A DNA stretch of 64,000 bases from an uncultured Candidatus Rokubacteria bacterium. Its GTDB lineage: Bacteria > Methylomirabilota > Methylomirabilia > Rokubacteriales > CSP1-6. The notes under the pieces are model-generated. The model ran no database searches, was not told the origin of the DNA, and saw only the letters and a list, made by a program, of their open reading frames with translations. Shown here in pieces: positions 53,101-62,589 of this stretch. Location: NCBI GenBank assembly GCA_963762145.1, contig CAVXJS010000010.1:192001-256000 (forward strand). Direction: 5' to 3'. A program made the position numbers and the translations under genes. The stretch's first letter is position 1; every line of letters begins with the position of its first letter.

Positions 53101-53184
53101 GGGGTCAGGTCTTGAATTCCTACATTTTCATCGCGCTAGTAGACGCCTGGCGCGCGGAAATGTAGGAATTCAAGACCTGACCCC
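53101..53184. repeat. 84-bp hairpin element with perfect 27-bp arms (same family as 38068)
   Basis: GGGGTCAGGTCTTGAATTCCTACATTT-N30-AAATGTAGGAATTCAAGACCTGACCCC. Confidence 0.9.
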
Positions 53185-53207
53185 ATCTACCCCCATCTCA
53201 CGCGCGC

Positions 53208-54227
53208 ATGAAGCTCGGGATTTATCTCAACGCGCAGCACCCTGCTACCGATGATCCGGCGCGGCGGTTTGCCGAGACGCTGGAGCAGGCGCGGATGATC
53301 CACGACCTCGGGTTCGATTCGATCTGGGGCGGGGAGCACCACGCCACGCCGGGGTTTCACTATTTTCCGCTGCTGCCGATGCTGCAGCGGCTGGCCGCGG
53401 AGGTGCCCGGGCTCGGCATCGGGACCAATCTGGTGCTGCTGCCGCTGCACAACCCGGTCGAGATCGCGGAGACCGCCGCGTTCCTCGACGTGATCACCGG
53501 CGGGCGCTTCATGCTGGGCGTGGGGCTCGGCTACCGCCCGGAGGAGTTCGCGATCTTCGGGGTACCCATGGCGGACCGGGTGAGCCGGCTCGCCGAGGGG
53601 GTGGAGATCATCCGCCGGCTCTGGACCGAGGACAAGGTCACGCATCGCGGGCGGCACTGGAGCTTCGAGGACGTCACGATCCGCCCGCGCCCCGTCCAGC
53701 GCCCGCGCCCGCCGATCCTGGTGGGCTCGCAGATCCCGGCCGGCATCGCGCGCGCGGCCCGCATCGCCGACGGCTGGCTCGTCGTCCCGGTGCCGCGCGT
53801 GGACGAGTTCGCCGCGCAGGCGAAGGCCTTCACCGCGGCCCGCGCCAGGGACGGCCTGTCCGCGGAGCCCCAGATCTGCCGGCTGCTCGAGGTGGTCTGC
53901 GCGCCCGACGAGGACACCGCGATCCGGCGCGCGGCGCCCTACCTGCTCGACAAATACGCCGCCTATCTCTCCTGGGGGCTCGAGGGCGTCACGCTCGATC
54001 CTTCCGCCCCGCCGGCGGAGCAGCTCCGCCGCCTGGCCGCCAACCGCTTCGCCCTCGGCTCGCCCGACCAGGTGACCGAGATGCTGCTCGCCCAGCACGC
54101 GGCGGGCGCCACCCACCTCACCATGCGCGTGAGCTGGCCGGGCATGCCGCAGGCCGACGTCCTGGCCGGCATCGAGCTGCTCGGCCGCGAGGTTCTCCCC
54201 GCAGTTCGCCGCCGCCTCAGGAGCTAG
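53208..54227 (+). CDS. LLM-class flavin-dependent oxidoreductase
   Basis: GFDSIWGGEHH, LPLHNPVEIAE and GLGYRPEEF motifs. Confidence 0.9.
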   Translation: MKLGIYLNAQHPATDDPARRFAETLEQARMIHDLGFDSIWGGEHHATPGFHYFPLLPMLQRLAAEVPGLGIGTNLVLLPLHNPVEIAETAAFLDVITGGRFMLGVGLGYRPEEFAIFGVPMADRVSRLAEGVEIIRRLWTEDKVTHRGRHWSFEDVTIRPRPVQRPRPPILVGSQIPAGIARAARIADGWLVVPVPRVDEFAAQAKAFTAARARDGLSAEPQICRLLEVVCAPDEDTAIRRAAPYLLDKYAAYLSWGLEGVTLDPSAPPAEQLRRLAANRFALGSPDQVTEMLLAQHAAGATHLTMRVSWPGMPQADVLAGIELLGREVLPAVRRRLRS

Positions 54228-54229
54228 CC

Positions 54230-55312
54230 ATGCGAGTCGCCGCCCGCCAGATCCAGCAGCAGCTCGAGTCCGTGTTCACCGCGTGGGGCATGTCGGCCGC
54301 GCACGCGGCCACCACCGCGCAGATGATGGTCGAGACCGACCTGCGCGGGGTGGACTCCCACGGGATCTCGATGCTGCCGACCTATGACAAGGAGTTCCGC
54401 GCCGGCCGGCTCAACATGCGCCCGCAGTGGAAGACGGTGCGCGACATGCCGTCGATGGCCCGGATCGACGCGGACCGCTCGCTCGGCCACCCGGTGTCGG
54501 TGCACGCGATGAACCTCGCGGTCGACAAGTGTCTCGCCACCGGCGTCGCGGTGGTCGCGGTCTACAACTCGCACCACTTCGGCGCGGCCGGCTGCTACGC
54601 GAAGATCGCGTCGGACCGTGGCGTGATCGGCATGGTGACCTCCGCCACCCGCGGTGTCACGCTGGTGCCCACCTTCGCGGCGGAGCCGGTCATGGGGACG
54701 AACCCGCTCGCCTTCGCGGCGCCCGCGAAGAAGAACGCGTCGTTCGAGCTCGACATGGCGACGACCACCGTCGCGGCGGGCAAGGTGAAGGTCTACAAGC
54801 TCAACCACAAGCCGGTGCCGTCGGGCTGGGTGGTGGACGGCGACGGCCGGCCGGTCACCGACGAGGCGGCCGCGTTCCAGCACGTGTTCGAGCGCCCCGA
54901 CGGCGGCATCACCCCGCTCGGCGGCAGCCGCGACCTGGGCGGGCACAAGGGCTACGGCCTGGCGGTGATGGTGCACATCCTGGGCGGTGCGCTCGCGGGC
55001 GCGTCCTTCTCCCCGCTGCGCAACAAGACCCAGCGCGAGTCCGACCCGCACAACATCGGCCACTTCTTCATGGCGATCGACCCGCGCGCGTTTCGCGACG
55101 AGGGGGACTTCGAGCGCGACCTGGACGACGTGATCGATGTGCTGCACGGGGCCAAGCGCGTGGACCCGAAGCAGCCGGTGATGGTGGCGGGCGATCCGGA
55201 GCGGCTCACGCGCGCGGAGCGGCTCGAGCAGGGCGTGCCCATCCCCGACGACCTGATGACCCAGCTCCGCGGCGTCGCCGCGGCGGCCGGCGTCCCGTTC
55301 GTGCTCGCCTGA
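54230..55312 (+). CDS. Ldh_2-family (malate/lactate/ureidoglycolate-type) dehydrogenase
   Basis: DLRGVDSHG, NSHHFG, GTNP, DMATT and GGHKGYGL motifs. Confidence 0.92.
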   Translation: MRVAARQIQQQLESVFTAWGMSAAHAATTAQMMVETDLRGVDSHGISMLPTYDKEFRAGRLNMRPQWKTVRDMPSMARIDADRSLGHPVSVHAMNLAVDKCLATGVAVVAVYNSHHFGAAGCYAKIASDRGVIGMVTSATRGVTLVPTFAAEPVMGTNPLAFAAPAKKNASFELDMATTTVAAGKVKVYKLNHKPVPSGWVVDGDGRPVTDEAAAFQHVFERPDGGITPLGGSRDLGGHKGYGLAVMVHILGGALAGASFSPLRNKTQRESDPHNIGHFFMAIDPRAFRDEGDFERDLDDVIDVLHGAKRVDPKQPVMVAGDPERLTRAERLEQGVPIPDDLMTQLRGVAAAAGVPFVLA

Positions 55313-55319
55313 GGACCGA

Positions 55320-55465
55320 CCCCTCACCCTGCCCTCTCCCCAGCGGGGAGAGGGAAGAGCGGGCGGGCTTCGGCGAACCCTCTCCCCTCAGGGGAGAGGG
55401 TAGGGTGAGGGGCCCGAAGAGAGGGGAAAGGTGAGGGGCCCGAAGGTGAGGGGCCCGAAGGTGAG
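55320..55465. repeat. Inverted REP-like pair with 15-bp tail amplification
   Basis: Copies at 55320-55354 (+) and 55378-55412 (-). AAGGTGAGGGGCCCG is at 55428 and 55443, with a partial copy at 55458. Confidence 0.9.
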
Positions 55466-55473
55466 TTGTGTTC

Positions 55474-56403
55474 CTAGCCGAGGGCCTTGCGCAGCGCTCC
55501 GGCCATCTCGTCCAGCAGCGCGCGCGACTGGTCGAGGATGCGCGTCATCCGCACGAAGCCGTGGAACATGCCGGGGTACTGCGTGAGCGTCACCGACACC
55601 CCGGCCTCGCGCAGCCGCTTCGCGTAGGCCTCGCCCTCGTCGCGCAGGGGATCGCACCCCGCGGTGATCACGAGCGCGGGCGGCAGGTCGGCGAGGCTCT
55701 TGGCCAGCAGCGGCGAGGCGTTCGGCTCGCGGCCCTGCTCCTCACGCGACAGGTAGTGCTTCCAGAACCACCGCATGTCCTCGGTGGTCAGGAGATAGCC
55801 GGTGGCGTTCTCGCGATAGGACGGCGTGTCGAAGGAGTAGTTGGTGACCGGGTAGATCAGGAGCTGGAGCGAGAGCCGCGGGCCGTGCCGGTCGCGCGCC
55901 ATGAGCGCCATCACCGCGGCGAGGTTGCCGCCCGCGCTGTCGCCGCCCACCGCGATCCGAGCGGGATCGAGCCCGAGGCGCGCGCCGTTGGCCGCCACCC
56001 ACTGCAGGCCCGCGTAGGAGTCGTCGACCGGCGTCGGGTACTTGAACTCCGGCGCCAGCCGGTAGTCCACCGAGGCCACCGCGCAGCCCGCCGCGTTGAC
56101 GAGCGACCGGCAGATGCCGTCGTGGGTGTAGAGGTCGCCGATCACCCAGCCGCCGCCGTGGTAGAAGACCAGCACCGGGTGCGGTCCGTGGCCGGCGGGG
56201 CTGTAGACGCGCACCGTGATCTCGCCGCCCGTCACCGGGACGTGGTGATCCGCGACGGCCGGCACGTCCTCGACCGGTCCGAGCCCGGCGGTGCGCGTCC
56301 GCATGGACTCGCGGGCCTCGTCGGGGGTGGATTGCGGGATCGGCTTGAGGTTCAGCGCGGCGACCATCTCCACGACCTTCTGGGCTTGGGGATCGAGCGG
56401 CAT
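55474..56403 (-). CDS. HSL-family esterase (alpha/beta hydrolase)
   Basis: HGGGW, GDSAG, DPLRDE and HGF motifs. Confidence 0.93.
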   Translation of the reverse strand: MPLDPQAQKVVEMVAALNLKPIPQSTPDEARESMRTRTAGLGPVEDVPAVADHHVPVTGGEITVRVYSPAGHGPHPVLVFYHGGGWVIGDLYTHDGICRSLVNAAGCAVASVDYRLAPEFKYPTPVDDSYAGLQWVAANGARLGLDPARIAVGGDSAGGNLAAVMALMARDRHGPRLSLQLLIYPVTNYSFDTPSYRENATGYLLTTEDMRWFWKHYLSREEQGREPNASPLLAKSLADLPPALVITAGCDPLRDEGEAYAKRLREAGVSVTLTQYPGMFHGFVRMTRILDQSRALLDEMAGALRKALG

Positions 56404-56498
56404 GGGTGTGTCCTCCCGGTTGCGATTCAGGTGGTGCCGCGACAGTAGGCAATCCCGCGCGCGTCGTCAAGGGATGCCACGTCAAGGGGCCGCGCGGA

Positions 56499-56528
56499 TT
56501 GACAGCCCGCGGCGCCGGCACGTACACT
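56499..56528 (+). promoter_or_regulatory. Sigma-70-type promoter
   Basis: TTGACA-N18-TACACT upstream of the ABC binding-protein gene. Confidence 0.6.
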
Positions 56529-56582
56529 CGCCGCGTCTCCAACGCCGCGACTCCGCTCACCGTTCCAAGGAGGAACGCTCCC

Positions 56583-58112
56583 ATGCCCCGTTCTCTCGAG
56601 GCGGTCGCCGCCGCCTGGCTCGCCGCGCTCTTGCTGCTCGTCGCCGCCGCCCCCGCGGCCGCCCAGGCCCCCCGCTCCGGCGGCACCCTGCGCGCGGCGA
56701 TGCGCGCCGAGGTCTCGACCTTCGACCCGCACAAGGGCGCCTCGGGCTCCGATCACATGTACCTGTACCCGGTGTTCGACACCCTCGTGCGCTTCGACGA
56801 CAAGCTGAACCCCCGACCGGGACTGGCCGAGTCGTGGGAGACGCCGGACCCGAAGACGCTCGTGCTCAAGCTGCGCAAGGACGTCAAGTTCCACGACGGC
56901 ACGCCGTTCAACGCGGAGGCGGTGCGCTTCAACCTGGCCCGCGCGCAGGACCGGTCGATCTCGTCGATGGCGTCCGAGCTGACCAGCATCGAGCAGGTGG
57001 AGGTGGCGGATCCCTCCACGGTGCGTCTCAAGCTCAAGGCGCCGGACGCCTCGCTGATCCTGGCCTTCGCGGATCGCGCGGGCATGATGATCTCGCCCAC
57101 CGCGGTCCAGAAGCTGGGCGACCAGTTCGGGCGCCAGCCGGTGGGCGCGGGCGAGTTCCGGATGGTGCGCTGGCAGCCGGGCAGCGAGGTGCGGATGGAG
57201 CGCTTCGCGGACTACTACGAGCCGGGCCGCCCGTACCTCGACGCGATCCTGTTCCGGATCATCCCGGACGCCGACACGCGCGTCTCCGCGCTGCGCAGCG
57301 GGCAGGTGGACTTCATCATGGAGGTGCCCGCCCAGGACTTCGCCTCGCTCAAGGGCGAGCGCAACCTGAAGGCGATCGAGGGGCCGACGCTCGCCTACTG
57401 GCGCGTGTTCCTCAACATGGCCAAGCCGCCGCTCGAGAAGAAGGCGGTCCGCGAGGCGATGAACCTGGCCCTCGATCGCCCGACGCTGCTGCGCACGATC
57501 ATCTTCGGCCTGGGCGAGGTGGCGGCCTCACCGTTCCCGGTCGGTTACTGGGCGCACAACGCCTCGCTCAAGCCGTGGCCGCACGATCCCGCGCGCGCGA
57601 AGGCCAAGCTGGCCGAGGCCGGCCTGCCCAACGGCTTCACGATGGACATGGTGCTCGAGCCGACGCCCGAGCACGTGCGGCGCGCGGAGGCCATCCAGGC
57701 GCAGTGGGGCGCGGTCGGCATCAAGGTGGATCTCAAGCCGATGGACCTGGCCAAGGGCGTGCAGTCGTTCTTCCGTGCCAAGGAGCTGATGGCGGGTAAC
57801 TATCGCTGGACGGGGCGGCCCGATCCCGACCAGACCGTGCGCGGGATGTTCCACTCCACCGGCTTCTACAACCCGGGCGGCCTCAAGATCGCGCGCATCG
57901 AGGAGCTGATGGACCAGGCCAAGGCGACCTATCGCCTGGAGGACCGGCGGCGGCTCTACCAGCAGCTCAGCGAGGTGATCCAGCAGGAGGCGATGGACAC
58001 CGGCATCTACGTGGCGTACTCGCTCGAGGCCATGAGCACGACGCTGCAGGGCTACCAGCCCAACTTCCTCGGCAAGCCGATGTTCCGCGGGGCCTGGCTG
58101 CAGGGCAAGTAG
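56583..58112 (+). CDS. ABC transporter substrate-binding protein, family 5 (Dpp/Opp)
   Basis: RBS AGGAGG; PGLAESWE, LRKDVKFHDGTPFNAEAV and PVGAG motifs. Confidence 0.92.
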   Translation: MPRSLEAVAAAWLAALLLLVAAAPAAAQAPRSGGTLRAAMRAEVSTFDPHKGASGSDHMYLYPVFDTLVRFDDKLNPRPGLAESWETPDPKTLVLKLRKDVKFHDGTPFNAEAVRFNLARAQDRSISSMASELTSIEQVEVADPSTVRLKLKAPDASLILAFADRAGMMISPTAVQKLGDQFGRQPVGAGEFRMVRWQPGSEVRMERFADYYEPGRPYLDAILFRIIPDADTRVSALRSGQVDFIMEVPAQDFASLKGERNLKAIEGPTLAYWRVFLNMAKPPLEKKAVREAMNLALDRPTLLRTIIFGLGEVAASPFPVGYWAHNASLKPWPHDPARAKAKLAEAGLPNGFTMDMVLEPTPEHVRRAEAIQAQWGAVGIKVDLKPMDLAKGVQSFFRAKELMAGNYRWTGRPDPDQTVRGMFHSTGFYNPGGLKIARIEELMDQAKATYRLEDRRRLYQQLSEVIQQEAMDTGIYVAYSLEAMSTTLQGYQPNFLGKPMFRGAWLQGK

Positions 58113-58124
58113 GACGCGGCGGAC

Positions 58125-59072
58125 GTGGGGCGCTTCCTCCGGCGCCGGCTGCTGGCGGTGGTGCCGCTGCTGCTGCTCGTCACCTCGATGGTGTTCTCGC
58201 TCGTGCTGCTGCTGCCGGGCGATCCGGCGGTGGCGCTCGTGGGGATGGAGGACGCGAGCGAGGAGAAGCTGGCCGCGATCCGCGAGCGGCTCGGCCTTAA
58301 CCGGCCGCTCGTCGTGCAGTACGCGAGCTGGCTCGGGCGCATGGCGCGGGGCGATCTCGGCGTGTCGCTGCGCACCGGCCAGCCGGTGACCGAGGCGATC
58401 TGGGACCGCGCGCCGGTCACCCTCGGCCTGGCCCTGGCCGCGACCGCCTTCGGCCTGCTGGTGGGCGTCCCGCTCGCGGTGCTGGCGGCCCACCGGCGCG
58501 GCAGCCTGGTCGACGCGGCGGCGAGCGGGCTGGCCGCCTTCGGCGTCGCGGTGCCGAACTTCTGGCTCGGCTCCATGTTCGTGCTGGTGCTGGCGCTCCA
58601 CCTGCGCTGGCTGCCCGCCACCGGCTACGTGAGCCCGTTCGAGTCGGGAAGCGACGCGTTCCGCCACCTGCTGCTGCCCACGCTCACGCTCGGCGCCTCC
58701 GCGGTCGCGGAGGTCACGCGCCAGCTCCGGTCGTCCCTGGGCGAGGTGCTGGCCGCCGACTACGTGAAGACCGCGCGCGCCAAGGGCCTGGCCGAGGCGG
58801 CCGTGGTGGCCAAGCACGCGATGCGCCCCGCGCTGATCCCGGTGGTGACGGTGGCCGGGCTCACCGTCTCGCGGCTGGTCAGCAACACCGTCGTGGTCGA
58901 GTCCATCTTCGCGCTCCCCGGCCTCGGCCGGCTCAATCTGGAGGCGGTGCTCACGCGGGACTTCCCGATGCTGCAGGGCGCGGTGCTGGTCACCGTGCTC
59001 GCGGTGATCGTGGTCAACGTGCTCTCGGATCTCCTCTACGGCTTCATCGACCCGCGGATCCGCTATGGGTGA
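58125..59072 (+). CDS. ABC permease (DppB/OppB-like)
   Basis: PGDP, GDLGVS, DYVKTARAKGL and DPRIR motifs. Confidence 0.92.
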   Translation: MGRFLRRRLLAVVPLLLLVTSMVFSLVLLLPGDPAVALVGMEDASEEKLAAIRERLGLNRPLVVQYASWLGRMARGDLGVSLRTGQPVTEAIWDRAPVTLGLALAATAFGLLVGVPLAVLAAHRRGSLVDAAASGLAAFGVAVPNFWLGSMFVLVLALHLRWLPATGYVSPFESGSDAFRHLLLPTLTLGASAVAEVTRQLRSSLGEVLAADYVKTARAKGLAEAAVVAKHAMRPALIPVVTVAGLTVSRLVSNTVVVESIFALPGLGRLNLEAVLTRDFPMLQGAVLVTVLAVIVVNVLSDLLYGFIDPRIRYG

Positions 59073-59910
59073 GTGGCGGCTCGCGCTCCGGCGCTTCGCG
59101 CGGCGCCGCGCCGCGGTGGTGGGCGCGGTCTACCTGGTGCTGCTGGTCGCGGGCGCGCTGCTCGCGCCGGTGGTGGCCCCGTACGATCCGCTCAAGCAGG
59201 ATCTCGGGCGCATGCTGACCGCGCCCTCGTCCGCGCACCCGCTCGGCACCGACGACCTGGGGCGCGACGTGCTCACGCGCCTGCTCTACGGCGCGCGCCT
59301 CTCGCTGGGCGCCGCGTGCCTGGCGGTGGCCATCGCCACGCTGGCCGGCGTGCCGATCGGCCTCGTCGCGGGTTACCTGGGCGGGGCCGTCGACGACGCG
59401 CTGATGCGGGTGATCGACGCTCTCCAGGCGTTCCCGGCCCTGATCCTGGCCATGGCCATCGCGGCCGCGCTCGGCCCCGGCCTCTTCAACGTGATGGTCG
59501 CGGTGGGCATCGTCTACACCCCGCGCTTCGCCCGCCTCGTGCGCGGCCAGGTGCTCTCGCTCCGCGAGGAGCCGTTCGTGGAGAGCGCCCGCGCCGCCGG
59601 CGCCACCCACGGGCGCGTGCTCGGCCGCCACGTGCTGCCGAACGTGCTGGCCCCGGTCATCGTGCAGGTGTCCATCGGCGTCGCCTTCGCGCTGCTGGCC
59701 GAGACCGCGCTGTCCTTCCTGGGCGTGGGCATCAAACCGCCGGAGCCCTCGTGGGGCACCGACGTCGGGCGCGGCTACCGCTTCATGCGCCTGGCCCCCT
59801 GGCTCGTCTTCATGCCCGGGACCGCGATCCTGCTCACCGCGCTCGCCTTCAACCTGGTCGGCGACGGCATTCGCGACGCATTCGACCCCCGCCAGAGCCG
59901 CGAAGCCTAG
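59065..59910 (+). CDS. ABC permease (DppC/OppC-like)
   Basis: HPLGTDDLGRD, FVESARAAGA and GDGIRDAFDP motifs. Confidence 0.92.
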   Translation: MGEWRLALRRFARRRAAVVGAVYLVLLVAGALLAPVVAPYDPLKQDLGRMLTAPSSAHPLGTDDLGRDVLTRLLYGARLSLGAACLAVAIATLAGVPIGLVAGYLGGAVDDALMRVIDALQAFPALILAMAIAAALGPGLFNVMVAVGIVYTPRFARLVRGQVLSLREEPFVESARAAGATHGRVLGRHVLPNVLAPVIVQVSIGVAFALLAETALSFLGVGIKPPEPSWGTDVGRGYRFMRLAPWLVFMPGTAILLTALAFNLVGDGIRDAFDPRQSREA

Positions 59911-59929
59911 CGGCCTGCGGCCAGGCGCT

Positions 59930-61132
59930 CTACGAGGCGGCTCCGCGGCGGAGGCGGCGGGTGCCGATCATGAGCACGGTCGCGCCCAGCCAGGCCAGGG
60001 CGCCGTCCATCATGAAGGCGCCGGAGAGGCTCAGCGCGGCCAGCCCTCCGCTGACCAGCGGGCTCGCCGCGGTGCCCACCTGCACGCTCAGCGCGAGCCA
60101 GCCGAAGGCGGCGCCGCGCTGCTCGCCCGGCACCAGCGTGCCGCCGAGCGAGTAGGCCAGGGTCAGCGCGCCGCCCAGGCAGAAGCCGGTGAGACAGCGC
60201 AGCAGCATGAGGCTCTGCCAGCCGGGCGCCAGGGCCATGAGCGCGCAGGGCAGGCCGCCCAGGAGCAGGCCCACCAGCAGGAGCCGCTCGGGCGGCCAGC
60301 GCTGGGCGAGGCGGCCGGCCGCGAGGGCCGAGCCGGTGGCGCAGATGGCGGCGAGCGAGATGATCTCGCCCGAGGTGGCCGCGATGTGGCTCACGTCGGG
60401 CAGCGCGGCCACCTTGAGCGGCACGAGCAGCGACAGGCCGCGATCGATGAACTGGCTGATGAAGAGCAGGACCAGCACGAGCGGGAACCCGCGCCGGCCC
60501 AGCACGTCGCGCAGCGTGAAGCTGCTCTCGCGGGTGGGCGCCGCGGCGCCGTCGGCCGCGCGGGGCCGGCCCTCGTCGAAGAGCAGGATGAGCCCGACGA
60601 GGGAGATCGCGCACATCCCCGCGGTGACGAAGAAGGCGTAGCGCAGGCCGAAGTGGGAGGCCACGTAGCCGCCCGCGGCCGGACCGACCGCGACGCTCAG
60701 GAGCTGCGCGCCCTGCACCCGCCCGATGGCCACCGGCACCTTGTCCTTCGGGCAGGACACGCTCGCCAGCGCCATGGCGAAGACGGAGAAGCCCGCGATG
60801 ACGCCCTGGAGCACGCGCAGGACCATGAGCTGGGTGACCGAGGTCACGAGGCCCATCGCGGCCACGATGATCACGAAGCCGGCGAGCGAGCGGATCATCA
60901 TCATCTTGCGGCCGACGCGGTCGGCGAAGCGGCCCCAGAGCGGGCCCAGCAGCCCCGAGACCGCGGGGGTCACCGCGGTGAGCGCGCCGGACCAGAGGGC
61001 GACCCGGGTGGGCTCGGTGACGCCGAGCTCGATCACGTACAGCGGCAGGAAGGGCGAGAAGAACTGGAAGCCGACGAACGCGATGAAGACGACGAGGGCG
61101 AGGGCCCAGACGTTGCGCTCCCAGCTCTCCAC
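59930..61132 (-). CDS. MFS transporter (DHA1/MdtG-like)
   Basis: PFLPLY and WGRFADRVGRKMMMIRS motifs. Confidence 0.9.
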   Translation of the reverse strand: MESWERNVWALALVVFIAFVGFQFFSPFLPLYVIELGVTEPTRVALWSGALTAVTPAVSGLLGPLWGRFADRVGRKMMMIRSLAGFVIIVAAMGLVTSVTQLMVLRVLQGVIAGFSVFAMALASVSCPKDKVPVAIGRVQGAQLLSVAVGPAAGGYVASHFGLRYAFFVTAGMCAISLVGLILLFDEGRPRAADGAAAPTRESSFTLRDVLGRRGFPLVLVLLFISQFIDRGLSLLVPLKVAALPDVSHIAATSGEIISLAAICATGSALAAGRLAQRWPPERLLLVGLLLGGLPCALMALAPGWQSLMLLRCLTGFCLGGALTLAYSLGGTLVPGEQRGAAFGWLALSVQVGTAASPLVSGGLAALSLSGAFMMDGALAWLGATVLMIGTRRLRRGAAS

Positions 61133-61167
61133 CGGCCCTAGCCCGGACTATCCATGAACGGGCAGAG

Positions 61168-61610
61168 TCACTCGATGACCTGATTCGCCCTCAGCAGCAC
61201 CGACGAGGGCATCGTCAGGCCAAGCGCCTTGGCGGTCTTCAGATTGATCACGAGCTCGAACTTGGTGGGCTGTTCGACGGGGAGGTCCGCGCGGCTTCGC
61301 GCCCTTGAGGATCTTGTCGACGAAGGCCGCCGCTCGCCGGTACAGATCGCTGAAATCCACCCCGTAGGCTGCGAGGCAGCCGGCTTCCGCATACTCCCGC
61401 AGCGTACACATCGAGGGCAGGCGGCTCTTGACCGTGAGATCTCTGAACCGCGTCCGTTGAGCCATCAGCATCGAGCTTCCCTGGACCAGGAGCGCGCCCG
61501 ATCGCTCCCTCGTCATCACCGCGAAGCTCTCCGTCGAGCTCGGCGGCCAGGCGCACCTCGACGAGCTGGAGACGCACCCCCAGCGCCTCCGGAGCGCCGC
61601 CCTTTGTCTC
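61168..61610 (-). pseudogene. 5'-truncated ABC_sub_bind substrate-binding protein remnant
   Basis: Only the C-terminal part remains ([40 protein letters not shown]). There is no room for the N-terminus before the AKR stop at 61667. Confidence 0.75.
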
Positions 61611-61666
61611 CCGGCATCAGCCAGTCGCCGGTGCCGGGGTCGCCGGCTACCGGGCCCGGCCCGGGG

Positions 61667-62534
61667 TCACGTGGGCAGGCCGAAGAGCGAGGACATCCGC
61701 GTCGCGTCGTGCATGGCCGCCATCTCCTCGTCGGGAGGGCGGCGCGTGAAGCGGGCGGCCGCCTCCAGCACGCGCGGCAGCAGGGTCAGGTCGCCCGCGG
61801 TGTTGAGAAAGACGTCGGGGCGGCCGAGCACCCAGTGGACGGCACGATCGATGTCGTCCTGGCGCTCGAGCGGCTGATACCACGTGGCGTGGCTCCGGTC
61901 CGCGGTGGCCCAGGGACCGCGCGCGATGCCCTTGATGGTCTGGACGGCCACGTTGCGCTCGCGGCAGATCGCGATGACCTCGCCGAAGGCCTCGCGGTAG
62001 CGATCGTTCTGGACCATGAAGAAGTTGTAGGGCAGCAGGATCGCGTCGAAGTCGAAGCGCGCGAGACTCCGGCGGTGCATGGCCGGGATGCTCCAGCCGT
62101 GGCCGGTGACGCCGATGGCGCGCGCGAGCCCCTGCGCGCGGGCCTCCACGAGCGCCTCGAGGGCGCCGTCCGGGCCCATCACCTGGTCCCAGTCGTCGGG
62201 ATGGCCGAGCGAGTGGATCTGGATGAGGTCCACGTGGTCCACGCGCAGGCGCTCGAGCGAGCGGTGGAGGTCCTCGCGCGCGCCGCGCGCTCCGCGCGAG
62301 CCGGTCTTGGTGGCGAGGAAGAAATCCTTCCGGTGCCGGGCCATCCACGGCGCCGATGCGCAGCTCGGAGTCGCCGTAGCGCGCGGCGGTGTCGATGTGG
62401 TTCACCCCGTGGGTGAGCAGCATCTCGAGCGCCCGATCGGCCTCGTCCTGGCCGACGCGCGCCAGCGCGGCGGCCCCAAAGATGGTCGCGGTGCTCTGGT
62501 GCCCGGTGCGTCCGAACGGCCGCCTCTCGATCAT
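61667..62534 (-). CDS. Aldo/keto reductase with one frameshift at about 62350
   Basis: [17 protein letters not shown] and [12 protein letters not shown] motifs. Confidence 0.88.
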
Positions 62535-62551
62535 CGCGATGCCTCCGATCA

Positions 62552-62588
62552 CCCTCTCCCCGCTGGGGAGAGGGCCAGGGTGAGGGGG
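62552..62588 (-). repeat. REP-like hairpin
   Basis: CCCTCTCCCCGCTGGGGAGAGGGCCAGGGTGAGGGGG. Confidence 0.85.
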
Positions 62589-62589
62589 T

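Noticed and set aside
56583-59910. Dpp-type operon lacking ATPase genes
   Set aside because: Sharing ATPases in trans is common, so this is not novel by itself.
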